A stretch of 59,682 nt of DNA, the filler included, from Jimgerdemannia flammicorona (Eukaryota), in the NCBI GenBank assembly GCA_003990765.1. It is 3 parts of 3 records of this genome, joined end to end, with 100 filler letters (N's around TTAATTAATTAA, not from the genome) between each part and the next. Parts side by side here need not be neighbours in the genome. Positions count along the whole stretch, not along the records: positions 1 to 19,830 come from RBNJ01001840.1; positions 19,931 to 39,759 come from RBNJ01001841.1; 1 more part is not named here. One strand, written 5' to 3'. The notes under the pieces were generated by a model. It saw only the letters and a list, made by a program, of their open reading frames with translations. It had not been told where the DNA came from and did no database searches. Positions 12,636 to 24,280 of this stretch are shown piece after piece. The translations under genes were made by a program, and so were the position numbers. Every line of letters begins with the position of its first letter. Positions within the stretch are counted from its first letter, which is position 1.

Positions 12636-13156
12636 ATCGTGGAATAGTGGAAAGGTGGCGGAATAACACATACATACACCGAGCAACGATGCCCACGGGT
12701 CGTCCCCAAATAGTCACGGGATCTCCCCAGAAAAGCCATTATGGCGGTTCCTATCAAAGAGAAAAATACCATGACAACAATGAATTATTGTACGGCTTTG
12801 CTCAAAAACCATAAGCTTTTGAATTGACATTATTGGTCGGGAGAAATGGAGCATCGTAGGCGCTGGTTATGGAATAGATTGACGGACACCTTAATTGCGT
12901 TCGTTGATAAGAGTTGAACTGCATCACGTTAGGGGGAAGTGGGGTGCGCTTATATGATGACACCTTCGTACCACCAATAATGTCATATTTACACAAGACA
13001 GATAGCTTGAGTCTGACATTGATAGACAGTGTTGGCCATTGCTAGCCACCACCGCCAAACAAATCAATGTCAACAACTGGTGCCCCCTAAGGGACAGCTC
13101 CGTGCATGCATTATGGACTCGGATATAAAAATCATCAGTCCAATGCATCACTTGCC

Positions 13157-13270
13157 CCTCCCCTCCATTGATGTCCCCTCCATCAATGCCCCCTCCATTG
13201 ATGCTCCCTCCATTGATGTCTCCTCCATTGATGCCCCCTCTATTGATGTCCCCTCCATTAACACCCCTCT
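13157..13270. repeat. 15-bp minisatellite (CCCTCCATTGATGTC)n, about 7 copies
   Basis: Directly visible tandem units. They read as GGDIN/GGGIN on the minus strand. Confidence 0.8.
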
Positions 13271-13449
13271 CTATAGGCATTCCAGTCTAAAATGTAGAAA
13301 AAAAAAAAAAAAAGACAAAGTAGTTAGCAACAGTTCTCTAGCAATGGTTCTCTTCCTATTAATGTTCATACATATGGGTGATAATATAAAAATTCTGGTT
13401 CTGACTCAGATGTAGGCAGTAGGTGTAGGTGGCATGAAGGATGGAAATA

Positions 13450-15340
13450 TAAAACCCCTTAATAAATACTACAACCATATTGACAGAGGGTCTCTCAAAG
13501 CTTTAGAATAACTAATGATCTTGAAGTAGAAGAAATGAATGAACTGTCACCCTCCAATAGAGGAGAAAAAACTTTTGGATCAATAGAAAAGTACCCTAAC
13601 AAAGCCAAGGAGAAGTCTAAGGTATAGAAGATTATCTAGATTGAAGAACTTCAAGATTGAGACCAGAAATAGTATTAGTACATTACTGATAAATATGTCC
13701 CTGCAAGATAATACCCTTATGGAATCAAGATATACTATTTTAAATATATAGAAGAATATATTACATATGTTCTTAAATTCAAGAAGTATAAGCCAACTAT
13801 ATATCCTGGAATAATAAGATGAAGAAATTAAGATCATCAATGATGAAGATGGAGAAGTATAAGATTGAGAAGAAGAAACTACCCTAGAAGCAATCAAAAG
13901 AAACTCTGTCAATGTTCTTATTGATAGTGGAGCAAGTGAATACTATCTCAATCAAAAAACTATTGACAAATTCCACCTCAAGACACAGAAGAACTCAGAA
14001 GGAAACATTACTACATTTGGAAATAAAACAATATAAAAACTCTCTAAGATATGTAAAAATATACTTCTATAACTTGGAAATTATACTATAAGACAAACTT
14101 TCCACATTATATATCTTTTTAGATATAATCTCATCTTTGAAAAATCCTGGTTTACTCAGGAGAACCTCTATATTGATATATAATCTCTTTAGGAGATATC
14201 AAGTTATAATCTGAGTATATCAAGAAAAAACTAAAGCCCAGATATAATATTATCTCTATCATCTAGATAAAGAAGCTAATTTGAAAATCAAACTAGTACA
14301 TCTATAAATATATAGTCAAGAAGACCTTAGAAAAAGATAATAAAGAACTCTTCAAACTTCTGAAAGATAAAGATGATGAGGAAGACAACCTCCAAGAACT
14401 ACTACTAGTTCAAACAGTAGAATATAGTATTGAGACTATTTCTAATTCAGATCCTCTCTATCATATATAAAATCTATCAACTAGCTTAACCCAAGCTAGA
14501 GATTTTTAAGAAATAATTAGTAAAATTAATAAGCAAAGATCTTATTCATCTATTAAAATCACAATATAGTATACTGATTTTCTTTATCCATAAGAAAAAT
14601 GAAAGTCTTTATATATATTAATTACTGAGTACTCAACAAGATCTCAATCAAGAACCAATATATACTTTTAAAAATTAATAAACTACTCAACTAAGTATAT
14701 AAGACTAAGATTTTCTTACTCATTAATCTTATATTTAGATATTATCAAATTTATATCAAAGAAGAAGATATCTCCAGAACAGTCTTTTGAATAAGATTTA
14801 GACATTATGAATTCTATATAATACTATTTAACCTTATCAATATACTAGCAATATTTTAAATACTAATAAATAACATCTTTTGAAAATACCTTAGAGTGTT
14901 TATTCTAATCTATCTGGATGATATTCTGGTATATAGTACAAGTAATATTATTTACTAATAATATCTACAAATAGTTTTTGACATACTCTGTGAATATAAG
15001 TGCTTAGCAAAAAGAAAGAAATATAACTTCTTCAAGAAGAAAATTGAATATCTAGGATATATTATCTCAGAAAATAGTATTACTGTCAAGCTCAAGAAGA
15101 CCCAAGTAATCTGCAATTGGTCTATTCCAAAGACCCTCAAGTCTCTACAAGGATTCAATAGACTAGCAGAATATTATAGGAGATTTATTCTATAATTACT
15201 ACTCTACTCACAAGTCTTGTCAAGAAGAAAGCTAATATTGAAAAAGAATAGATAGAAGAATATACCACAGCTATGAATATCCTCAAGAGAATACTAACTA
15301 ATATACTAATCTTGATCAGTTCCAACTCAACAGAACTCTT
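13450..15340 (+). mobile_element. Ty3/Gypsy LTR retrotransposon pol remnant (protease-RT), heavily mutated
   Basis: VNVLIDSGASEYY (aspartic protease) near 13910, LIYLDDILVYS (RT) near 14905-14937, KIEYLGYIISE. Many stops. Same family as 36546-39745. Confidence 0.85.
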
Positions 15341-15343
15341 TGT

Positions 15344-15509
15344 CGAGCTCCTTCCAAGCCCACCTTGCGAGATCCGGAAATTTCCCAGGCTGTGCTGTGC
15401 ATCTTGAGTGGCAACTAGGTACGGAGCCCCCTGACAGGGCGAGTCAGCTCGAAGGAAAACGCAGGAGAGGGAAACATCAGGTTGTCGTCTCTCGTGTCCT
15501 CCGGTCGCG
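15344..15509 (-). pseudogene. Degenerate fragment of a paralog of the PLP decarboxylase at 16976-18724
   Basis: Nucleotide match to 17269-17453 (GAGCTCCTTCCAAGCCCACCTTGC...ACGGAGCCCCCTGACAGGGCGAGT...CGTGTCCTCCGGTCGCG). Peptide RPEDTRDDNLMFPS..FELTRPVRGLR versus RPEDTKEDDLMFPS..LELTRPVRGLR. Confidence 0.85.
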
Positions 15510-15715
15510 TGCCTTCCGCCACGCTGCGCATCAATTTATGAGTCGGGTGGACGCCAGTGTCAAGAATACGAGCGGACAAACGCCGTTCCACCTCACTGTG
15601 GTGAATGGGCATTGAATTTTCGAGGTTGCTTGTGGTCGAGTTCAAAACCGACATCAGCGCCAAGGACAGACGCCCCTCCATCTTGCTATGCAGAAAAAAG
15701 AGCATTTCTAAGCCG
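15510..15715 (+). pseudogene. Ankyrin-repeat gene fragment
   Basis: VDASVKNTSGQTPFHLTVVNGH, then after a stop and frameshift LLVVEFKTDISAKD. This fits the ankyrin consensus G.TPLH.A...GH...L.....D.N.KD. Confidence 0.6.
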
Positions 15716-16975
15716 CGAGGGTGGCACCAGAGAACTTAACTAAACGACGGGCGGTGACAGCTCAAAGGTCTGATAGATCACGGCACATTTGGTGTAGTAT
15801 ATACCCTCTGGGAGCGAGCTCAAAGTCGACAAAACCAGGCAGGTAGTCGCACTGAGACCGTGCGTCATCATCAATCAACTGCCAACTAAACTGAGGGACG
15901 TTTTTTGAGGCGCGTGATAGTTTTCTGAAGAACGATTTTTGTGGGCCATTAACATACGAAATGTATTGGTATTCATCTGATATCAGCATTTGCAAAATAT
16001 CGGAGAAACAGGTCAAAGGTTATTCTCATGACAAGTTGTTCATGCAAGTGCTCACGTCGTTCATGCAGGCTGAAATTTATGTCAAATATAGCTTTTGCGT
16101 GCAGCACTACTGGGCAAAAGTCGCCTGGAAATATAATTCACACCATTGCCAACAACCAACGTGTAAAATGTATGCCGTAGCCAATAACCACAAACAAACA
16201 ATAAATAACTCGAATAAAGAAGACGATTTAGTACAGAACCATTAACTGCAAACCGGCAATGGCGATTGAGTGCAGTATGCCCAGAATGGTCAACCCCTTA
16301 ATCCACTGCATTGCTGAAGTATATAGATTACCAAACGACATGCGTGAATGCACACTTCACATGTGCATGGTAGGAATGTGACCAGGACGCCTAACCTCTT
16401 ATCTTGATATGTAGTATACAAACGGGTAAATACATGGTGCAAGTCTAGGTATGAGTAGTCCGATGCAACACTTAAAATAAAATCGTGTGAATTGCAATCG
16501 CGTTGGTGAGGCCATTATATCCGGAATTTCAATTGCGCTAAGCCCAAAATGCTCAGTCAGGCCATATTTCATACAAAAGATTGATTTATGAAGTTTTTAT
16601 GTATCTCCAGAATAGAAAAGAAAAAAAAAAAAAAAACCCTCTTTATCTGCTGCAGCATGCTACTTGGCCACAACTGAAACAGATGTATGCTTGAAATGAA
16701 ATATAAAAACTCGCTTTGGTCTACATCTACTCTATCCTGGACTGGGCAATTTTGTGTCTAATCCTAGATAGACCGCTCGCGATTTCGACCTCTTGTCCCA
16801 TATATGCATATATCGAGATGGCCGCATAGGTTCCGTTACATTTGAAGCATTGGACTGTCGGCACCACCTCATGAAATCAGAGATACGGTATTACAAATGA
16901 GAACTTTTATTACTGATGATCTATTCTGTTAAATATATAGCCATTCCATCTCACAATATAATACAACGGTATAGT

Positions 16976-18724
16976 CTAAACCTGTTCCCTGAGTACGACC
17001 TCGGCCGCCGACCGAATTTCCTCCAGTGTTGTTTTCACATGCTCGAGATGCGTTCTGTAATGCAACACACAAATCCTCACCACCACGCCCCACTCTGGAA
17101 GTCGCGTGTTCGCGAGGAATACTTTGCCTCTCTTGTTGACGTGTGCCATCAGCCTCAGCGTCATTGCGTCTCTCCGTTTACCGTCCATCTCCTTGCCTTG
17201 TCCCTTCCAACGGAACGAGAGGACCGAAATCTGCGGCTCCGTCACTCGCTCAATCAACGAAATACTCGCGAGCTCCTTCCAAGCCCACCTTGCAAGGTCC
17301 CACTTCTCGTCGAGATAACGCCGGAAAGTTCCCAGGCCGTGCATCTTGAGCGGCAGCCAGACACGGAGCCCCCTGACAGGGCGAGTAAGCTCTAGGGAGT
17401 AGTCGCAGAAGGAGGGGAACATCAGGTCGTCTTCTTTCGTGTCCTCCGGTCGCGGGAGGTACTCGCCATTTACGTCGGAGAACGCGTACCGGAGGTACTC
17501 GGCATCTCGGACGAGCAGGAGCCCGGTCCCATGGGGGAGAAAGAGGCTTTTGTGCAAGTCCAGCGAGACCGAATCGCTACACTCAATCCCACGGAGAAGC
17601 TCGCGGCCCCTGTCCGTCATTATGAAGCAGCCTCCATAGCATGCGTCGACATGGAGCCACACCTCGGGGTGCTTCTTGACCACGTTTGCGATAGCGTTGA
17701 GGTCATCCACGGCACCTGTATTGGTCGACCCAGCGTTCGCAACGACGAGGAATGGGGCCCAACCGTTGGCGATATCATCTGCAATCATGGCCTCCAGGAC
17801 TTCAACCTGCATCCGGAACGTTGTCCTGTCTGTCGGGACGCGTCGGACGTTTTTGGCGGGGATTCCCGCGGCGACGCATCCCCTCACGACGCACATGTGG
17901 GCCTGATCAGAGGCGTAGGCAACGGCGCGGGAGAAACCCTCTTCCTCGGTGAAACGGCGACGACGAGCGCAGACAGTCGCGCTCCAGTTGGTCGTAGAGC
18001 CGCCCGAGCTGAAGGAGCCAAAGCCGGTGGTGGGATAGCCGATAAGATTGGTGAACCACTTTATGACGTTGGTCTCCAGCTGGACCATGCCAGGAGAGCC
18101 GACCCATACACCGACGTAGGAGTTCAATGCGTTTCCCACCTAGGATATGAAGAGAAAATTGAGCCTTTTTTTTTTTTTTTTTTTTTTCTCTAGCTAAGAA
18201 CCGGAAATTCAAATACACTCACCAGATCCGCTAGGCCGGTTTGAAGCAAACCGCCTCCGGGAATGAATGCCTGCATTCCCGGTCCTGTGTGATTGATGCC
18301 TATGCATACAGAAGGTACGCGATTATCAGTCGGACAGTCAAACTCGAAAAGATATCTGTCTGGGGCACCGAAGTGCAAACGATAATTCACCGTAAGATAA
18401 CTCACCATAAGCGGTAGCCTTCTCGCATACAAACTTCAACAGATCATCGAACCCCTCCGGGCTCTTCATACCCTCCTCTGGAGCGCGATCCTCATTTTTT
18501 GCAAGACTCCGTACTAACTCCACGGCATCGCCGTGCGATTTGGGATCCCAGTTGACAGTGTCGAGAGTGGATGCAGCAGCCGTGGTGGCTGCATCGTTAA
18601 TGTCGCACACGTGCTGCGATACAAGAGCGAGGAGACGGGTAAGCTCGGAGCGTGGAAGCTCTAGCTCAGAAGGGGGGTCGAGCAGGGAGGAGGGGAGGAA
18701 CGTGGACGATTTGATTGGTGCCAT
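16976..18724 (-). CDS. Group II PLP-dependent (aromatic) amino-acid decarboxylase, 519 aa
   Basis: Exons 18724-18406, 18299-18223 and 18139-16976 splice in frame. Motifs SGGSTTN, YASDQAH, VVANAGSTNTGAVDDL, WLHVDACYGG, DSVSLDLHKSLF (PLP lysine), LELTRPVRGLRVWL. TATA-like element at about 18781-18787. Confidence 0.93.
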
Positions 18725-19830
18725 TCTTGCGGGTTGGTTTCTGGGGAGTGATAGTGGAGTGGAGGAACGTGGGGGAGGGGTATATAAGAGCGAGGAGGGT
18801 CCAGCTGTAGTTACGAGAACGGACACAGTTTTCATATGTTCGCTGCTATATGGAGGCATTCCGAATTATGATGCCAAATTCCCTCTTTTCGCTCACAATA
18901 TCCGATCTGGATTTCACAATGGATAAATAAACGATTATGGATGAATAAACATCGTTGCTGTTATCGCCATTGTCGTTGTTACTGTCATTGTCAATATGGA
19001 TGGGATGGAACATGCCCGATTGGGGGTCCAGAGGATGCAATTGGTGCATCCTCTGAAAATATCCAATCGGGTTGAGGGAAAAAAAAGGTGATATCCCCGA
19101 AAGCGGTTCTGGTGACTTTGTGCTTCATGTGCTACCGGGGAAATTCTCGCTACAACTCCGAATTCGGTATAGCAACGAGCGAGAATGGCACCGTTCGACA
19201 AAATTATCTCACCCGAACTAAGCCAACTATTACCAATAATTCATTGTCGTCTAGCCAAGTCGGAGATACAGCGTATATACTGCATGGCTCTGCTCTACTT
19301 GTATGGACGATCGGCCGGCTACAATACGTGCTCCTCATCACTTCATATTCCTTCCAGTTATCACTCTTCTTTTGTGGATCGACAAGATTCATCGACACTA
19401 GACGGTTTGGATTGGATCGGCACTTGACAAAAATTAGACGCTTCCATTGAATCAATAATATTCTCATTAACATGGTATATGTCTTACTACCTCATCTCTA
19501 TCTTACGAGCTCAGTTAAGTAGACCAGCCCAGGATGTCCGGTAACGGTGAGAGTTCTGGGTAGGTTGCAGAGGTCTGTTGTGGAGGAATCATTCCCGCCT
19601 CCGGGAATGGCAACAAAGTCGAAGTGGCTTGTGCTTCACATCTTTAAGGTTGCTTGAGTTTGTGCTACCAAGAATTGCATAGCAACCCAAAAATATCGAC
19701 CGGGTCAAGAGCGAGAGGGGCACTCGAATTCTCGCGTTTCTAACTGGGCCTGCAATTACGATACCATTTCCCAGAAACTATTAAATACGTTTCCATACCT
19801 TTTTCTTTTTTTTCTCCATAATTCATTGTT

Positions 19831-19930
19831 NNNNNNNNNNNNNNNNNNNNNNNNNNNNNNNNNNNNNNNNNNNNTTAATTAATTAANNNNNNNNNNNNNN
19901 NNNNNNNNNNNNNNNNNNNNNNNNNNNNNN
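19831..19930. other. Artificial contig-joining linker
   Basis: 44 N + TTAATTAATTAA (stops in all six frames) + 44 N. Confidence 0.97.
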
Positions 19931-21100
19931 CAATTAGGACAGGCACTGGCCATGTGTCCTATCTTTTGGCAATAAGAGTATGCTCTGCTTCTTTAGAGTT
20001 TATTTTTTTCTCCTTCAGTAAGTTTCTTGAAGGTACTTGGCTGGGTGGGTTCAGAATTTTGAGATGTCTATAAAGTGGATATAAAGGGAGCTTGAGATGC
20101 TTCATACTTGGATTCTTCTATCTTGGTTCAAGTTTTTCCTTGTTGTTGAATTGTCTTTAAGATAGAATTAGTCCAGCTATTAGGATTTACTTGACCATAG
20201 TCTTGATTCTTGCTGGGCACTATTATTTGGTGATCACAATCAACTAGGAATCCTTGTTCTTGGATCTTTCTTGTGAGCTATTTTGGTAGTATATCAAATA
20301 AATGTTCTACTCTTGTACCATTTTGTGCTTCATTATTGACAATATATCCTAGTCCAATAGTATTCAGGAGTGACTTGAGTTTTGTATAGAAGGTTTTGAA
20401 TTCCTCCTTGCCCTATATGTCAATTTTGAGATTATAGTGTTTTACTCAGAATTTAGCAATCAGAGTTTTGCTGTGATATTGGGCAATCATAAGTTGTTTG
20501 AGCCTGGGAGCTGTAGGGTGATCTCTATACCCAGGGGTATTATTTGTATATTTTGGATAATGACTACAGATTGGATATCCTATGTGAGGGGTTGTTTAGA
20601 AAGAATTTTCCACCATCTTCAGCAGGTCCTTGGAAGAATATAACAACTTGATGGATATAAGCTGAAGTAGTAGCAAAGAGTTATTCAACAGTGTGGTCTT
20701 GGTTATTTATTAGGAGGCAGTCTGTAACTCACTTATTGGTTTATCAGTTGGTTTTGAAATTAGTATCAAATACATATACTAATGAAGCTTGAACTTCCTG
20801 TATAGTAGTATTGAAGGTAGATAGGTTCAGACTTTTTGTTAGTCAGGTCTGTTCAGCTAAAGCAGTAATGGTTGCTACCATTAAAGCTACTGGGCTACGA
20901 GATCTATAATCTGTTGGTTTGCTATATTGTTTATGAGAGGTGATTGGATTATTAGTAGTAGGGTTACTGGTATAACTTGAGGTACTGATGCAAAGTGTGA
21001 TACTGTTCTTTGAGTTTGTATAAGTTGCTATAGTAACTGTTGTGAGTCTGGTAAAAGAGCTTGATATATAACTATCTGTTGTACTGTAGGTGTGTTTTGT
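19931..21100 (-). mobile_element. Degenerate LTR-retrotransposon gag remnant
   Basis: Eroded CCHC knuckle (Y)SYCQKIGHMASACP at about 19935-19982 and a gag-like FFQGPA..WW segment near 20600-20650. CpG-depleted. Right boundary approximate. Confidence 0.55.
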
Positions 21101-21613
21101 TCTAAAAGAGGTATATCCCCTTCAATAGTATATCTAGGATCAAATTTAGTAAGATACTCTTCCTTCTCTTTACTTTAGTCTCTGTGTAGTTGGATTTATT
21201 TGCTATTAAAGTAGATAATATCAGTTATATATTAGATTTCAGAGGAGCTTAATTCCAAAGCAGATTTGGATTCAGTCTTGGCTTCAGTTTCAGATAGCTG
21301 CCCCTGCTTCCAGCTTAAGATCTGGTTATTGATGAAGGATTTCTCTGACTTCTTCTTTAAGAATATAGTGGGTCTTATAATTCTGAAAATAGTAATATAA
21401 GGCAGTCTTGGTCCCCATATAGTAATAGTCAGTAGAGTTGAGCCACTTAGCTATAGAGGCTCATACTTTGTAAGAAACTAAGGCTAGAAAGATGGCTGCT
21501 GGTTATCCTAGGTCACTTGGGTTTGTAGAGCTGACAAAACTCTTGTAAAGGAGAGTAAAGTCTATAAGATCTTCTTCATCTTGACTTGTGGGATATAGAG
21601 CAAGAAGTTTGTT

Positions 21614-22485
21614 TTTATTTTTATTTTTTTTTTCATTATCAAATGTTCAAATTTCATATTTCAATGATATATATACAGATGAAGGGGAAGTGTAAAAAGA
21701 GTTATAACATAATTATATTCAATCAAATTCATCAAAAGCCAAGAAGATAAGGAACAAAAAAAGAGAGAAAGCAACAAGTCCTAAGATAAGAGCAGACTTA
21801 TATGTAAACCACCAAACCACCCACAGGAATTCACAATATATCCAACAACATAAAGACCATTGAGCAAAAAACATTATTACAGATGTTTGATATTCTACTA
21901 TATAATTTGAGGTTGATGTATGTAACTCTTTTGAAATGTGTTTATTGGTTCTCAGCTCATTTGTTCTCCTTCCTGATTTGAGTCTCTTTCTTGAGAGTGA
22001 AGTTATTCACAATGTTAAAAGTTTTATGGATTTCTTCAGGAGACTTGCCTTGATCATATTGATGATAGTCTTGTAGCCGACATCAAGCAGAGGCTTGATA
22101 TCAAGGTAGTTGGTGGCCAAGATAATCTCAAATAGAGTTTTTTGATCAACCTCCATGAATTTTTGATCTCAATCTTCAATATCAGTATTCTGCTTTTGAT
22201 CCTCAGTGTTTTTGACGGTAGAGACTGTGGAATTCATATAGTGGTATTCATACCATTTGATGACCTTTCTCAGGATCTTACTGTTCACATTGGGGAGGGG
22301 GATGGGAGCATCACTCTTGCCAACATCTTCCAGCATATTCTTGATAAAGACAGATCTCTGGGCAACCTCCTTATCAATGGGGAAGTTCTTGTTGTCCAAA
22401 CTTGTGAAAGTAATCTTAGTGGTCATTGTTGTGGTATGAAAGATATCAGAAGGAAGGGGGGATGGTCTTAAGGTAGGAAGAAACA
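21614..22485 (-). pseudogene. SKP1: Processed (retrotransposed) SKP1 pseudogene
   Basis: Intronless CDS 22426-21942 (IPLPNVNSKILRKVIKW...W>stop [31 protein letters not shown]...SPEEI.KTFNIVN.F) with 5' and 3' UTR. Poly(A) at about 21614-21633. Degenerate TSD AGCAAGAAGTTTGTT (21599-21613) / AGTAAGAATTTTATT (22486-22500). Confidence 0.9.
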
Positions 22486-23479
22486 AGTAAGAATTTTATT
22501 ATATAAAGTTTCACCTATCTACTGATTTAATTAGAATACTTCTTTTTACAGATAAAGTCTGTCTCACTTATTACAGATATGGAGATCAAATTATCATTAT
22601 ACATCAGGTTCAATTCTCTTCAGATTGTCAGATAGTTTAGAATGAATTCAAGTTCAGAGGTTGGGCTTTATATCAACTTATAGGAATTCTTATAGGGAGT
22701 TATAGCAAAGTGAGGAAATATCTTGAAGTAGAATTGGATTATAAACCACTGCTACTAAGTTATAAGAGAGTTACTTTGTTAGAGTACCATTATATATTTC
22801 TGGAAGGGATTTCAGGAAGTTCTAGATATTCTGAAAAACTGTTTTCTTAAGATCAAGATCAATTTTGTATAGAGTACATCCTCTACACTTATTGATTTTA
22901 AGATTAGATTGATATCTTAATCAAAGTTCTTTTTTCGACTTGTTCTAGATATTCAGGAGGTTCTGTATTTCAGGAAGTTCAAGAAACTAAGAACAGTATA
23001 GTTGAATTTTCATAACTTGGTTAGAACTGAGAACTAATGGGATATGGATTTACATAAGAGTGGTTTATTGGTTATTAAATAGGTTTATTTGCTATTTATG
23101 ATATTGCTATACTAGGAGTAGTTGGGATAAGATATTGAAGGGAAGTATTCAATAATTCTGAGCTATTCTTGTGTGTTTGAGTTTATTTGTATCTGAGTTT
23201 CTAAGGTCTGGGAGAGCAGGTATTTATACTAATAAGAAGCTATCTGGATATTCTTTGATAAGGTCACCATTAATGATATTATCTCTTGATGAAGTCTGAA
23301 CAGTTTTCTGACTTCTGATATCATCAGTTTTAAGATGTTATCATATCTGCCTCTTGCAAAATTAAAGCTGTCCTCAGCAGAGGTGGTTGCATAGAAATAA
23401 CAGATCTTAGTTCTTTTTTTTTTTGGACTATTGGCATATTTGTGAAGACTAGCCATCCTTGTCTAGAGTGAGAGCCCTC

Positions 23480-24280
23480 ATTGTCATGACTGGAGGTTCA
23501 AACCTCTTAGAAATATTATTTTCTATAATCTAAGACAATTTATAATAACAATATCTGTCATATAGATTGACTTGAAATTGGTTTTGACAATGTTGGCTTT
23601 CTTGAGTTCTATATAAAGCATCTATTATTCTCTAGTAGAGATGATACAGATAGAGTGAACAGAGTTGTTCAAATGCATTTTGCTTCTGCTGAGTAATAAG
23701 GTCTTATATAGCTTAGTCTTGAGTTGATAAGTATCATTTATGAACTTTTGATAGATGAGATAGGGTCCTTCTTATTTTGGTTTAAGTTTGGTACTTTAGT
23801 TTTCTTTTATTATAGTATAGTATACCAAGACTGATTGTCTAATAAGTAGAGATTCAAAGTTGGTCTTGTGGTTATAGTACTTTTTCTAGTATTCTTATGT
23901 CTTGGTAATAAATTCTCATACTTGCTGGTATACTTTGTATAATCAAGTGATCTCTTTAGTGACTTATTTTATGATCTTATATATATGGGGTTTCTGAATT
24001 TGTTCTGAGAGTGATGTATGATTTTAGTGGCTTGGAGGTTATATGTTTATCAAACTCTAGATACTTATCAAACTGAGGGTAGTATACTGAACTACTTGAA
24101 AACCAATTTTTCTCTATTATTCATCACTCAAATTAACAATTTTCTTAGAGGATACTTGCCAAAGGTAGTCAAGAACTTCAGGTTGAGTACCAAAAGAATG
24201 TAAAGTCTTTTGATAACTATAAAGTATAGTTATCAATAAAAAGACAACCCTATTATTTGGTAGAGAGTAGCTCATTGACA
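23480..24280 (-). mobile_element. Ty3/Gypsy integrase C-terminal remnant with possible LTR end
   Basis: KLKPK*EGPYLI...DTYQLK (GPY/F motif) near 23720-23795. Possible LTR terminus ...TCATGACA at 23482. Confidence 0.55.

Noticed and set aside
17531..18193. 220-aa plus-strand ORF and other antisense ORFs over real genes
   Set aside because: Shadow ORFs of GC-rich coding sequence on the opposite strand.
19500..19660. Minus-strand HFDFVAIPGGG resembling DJ-1/PfpI, with a 15-bp match to decarboxylase exon 2
   Set aside because: The match is too short, there is no consistent frame or further motifs, and it is likely chance.
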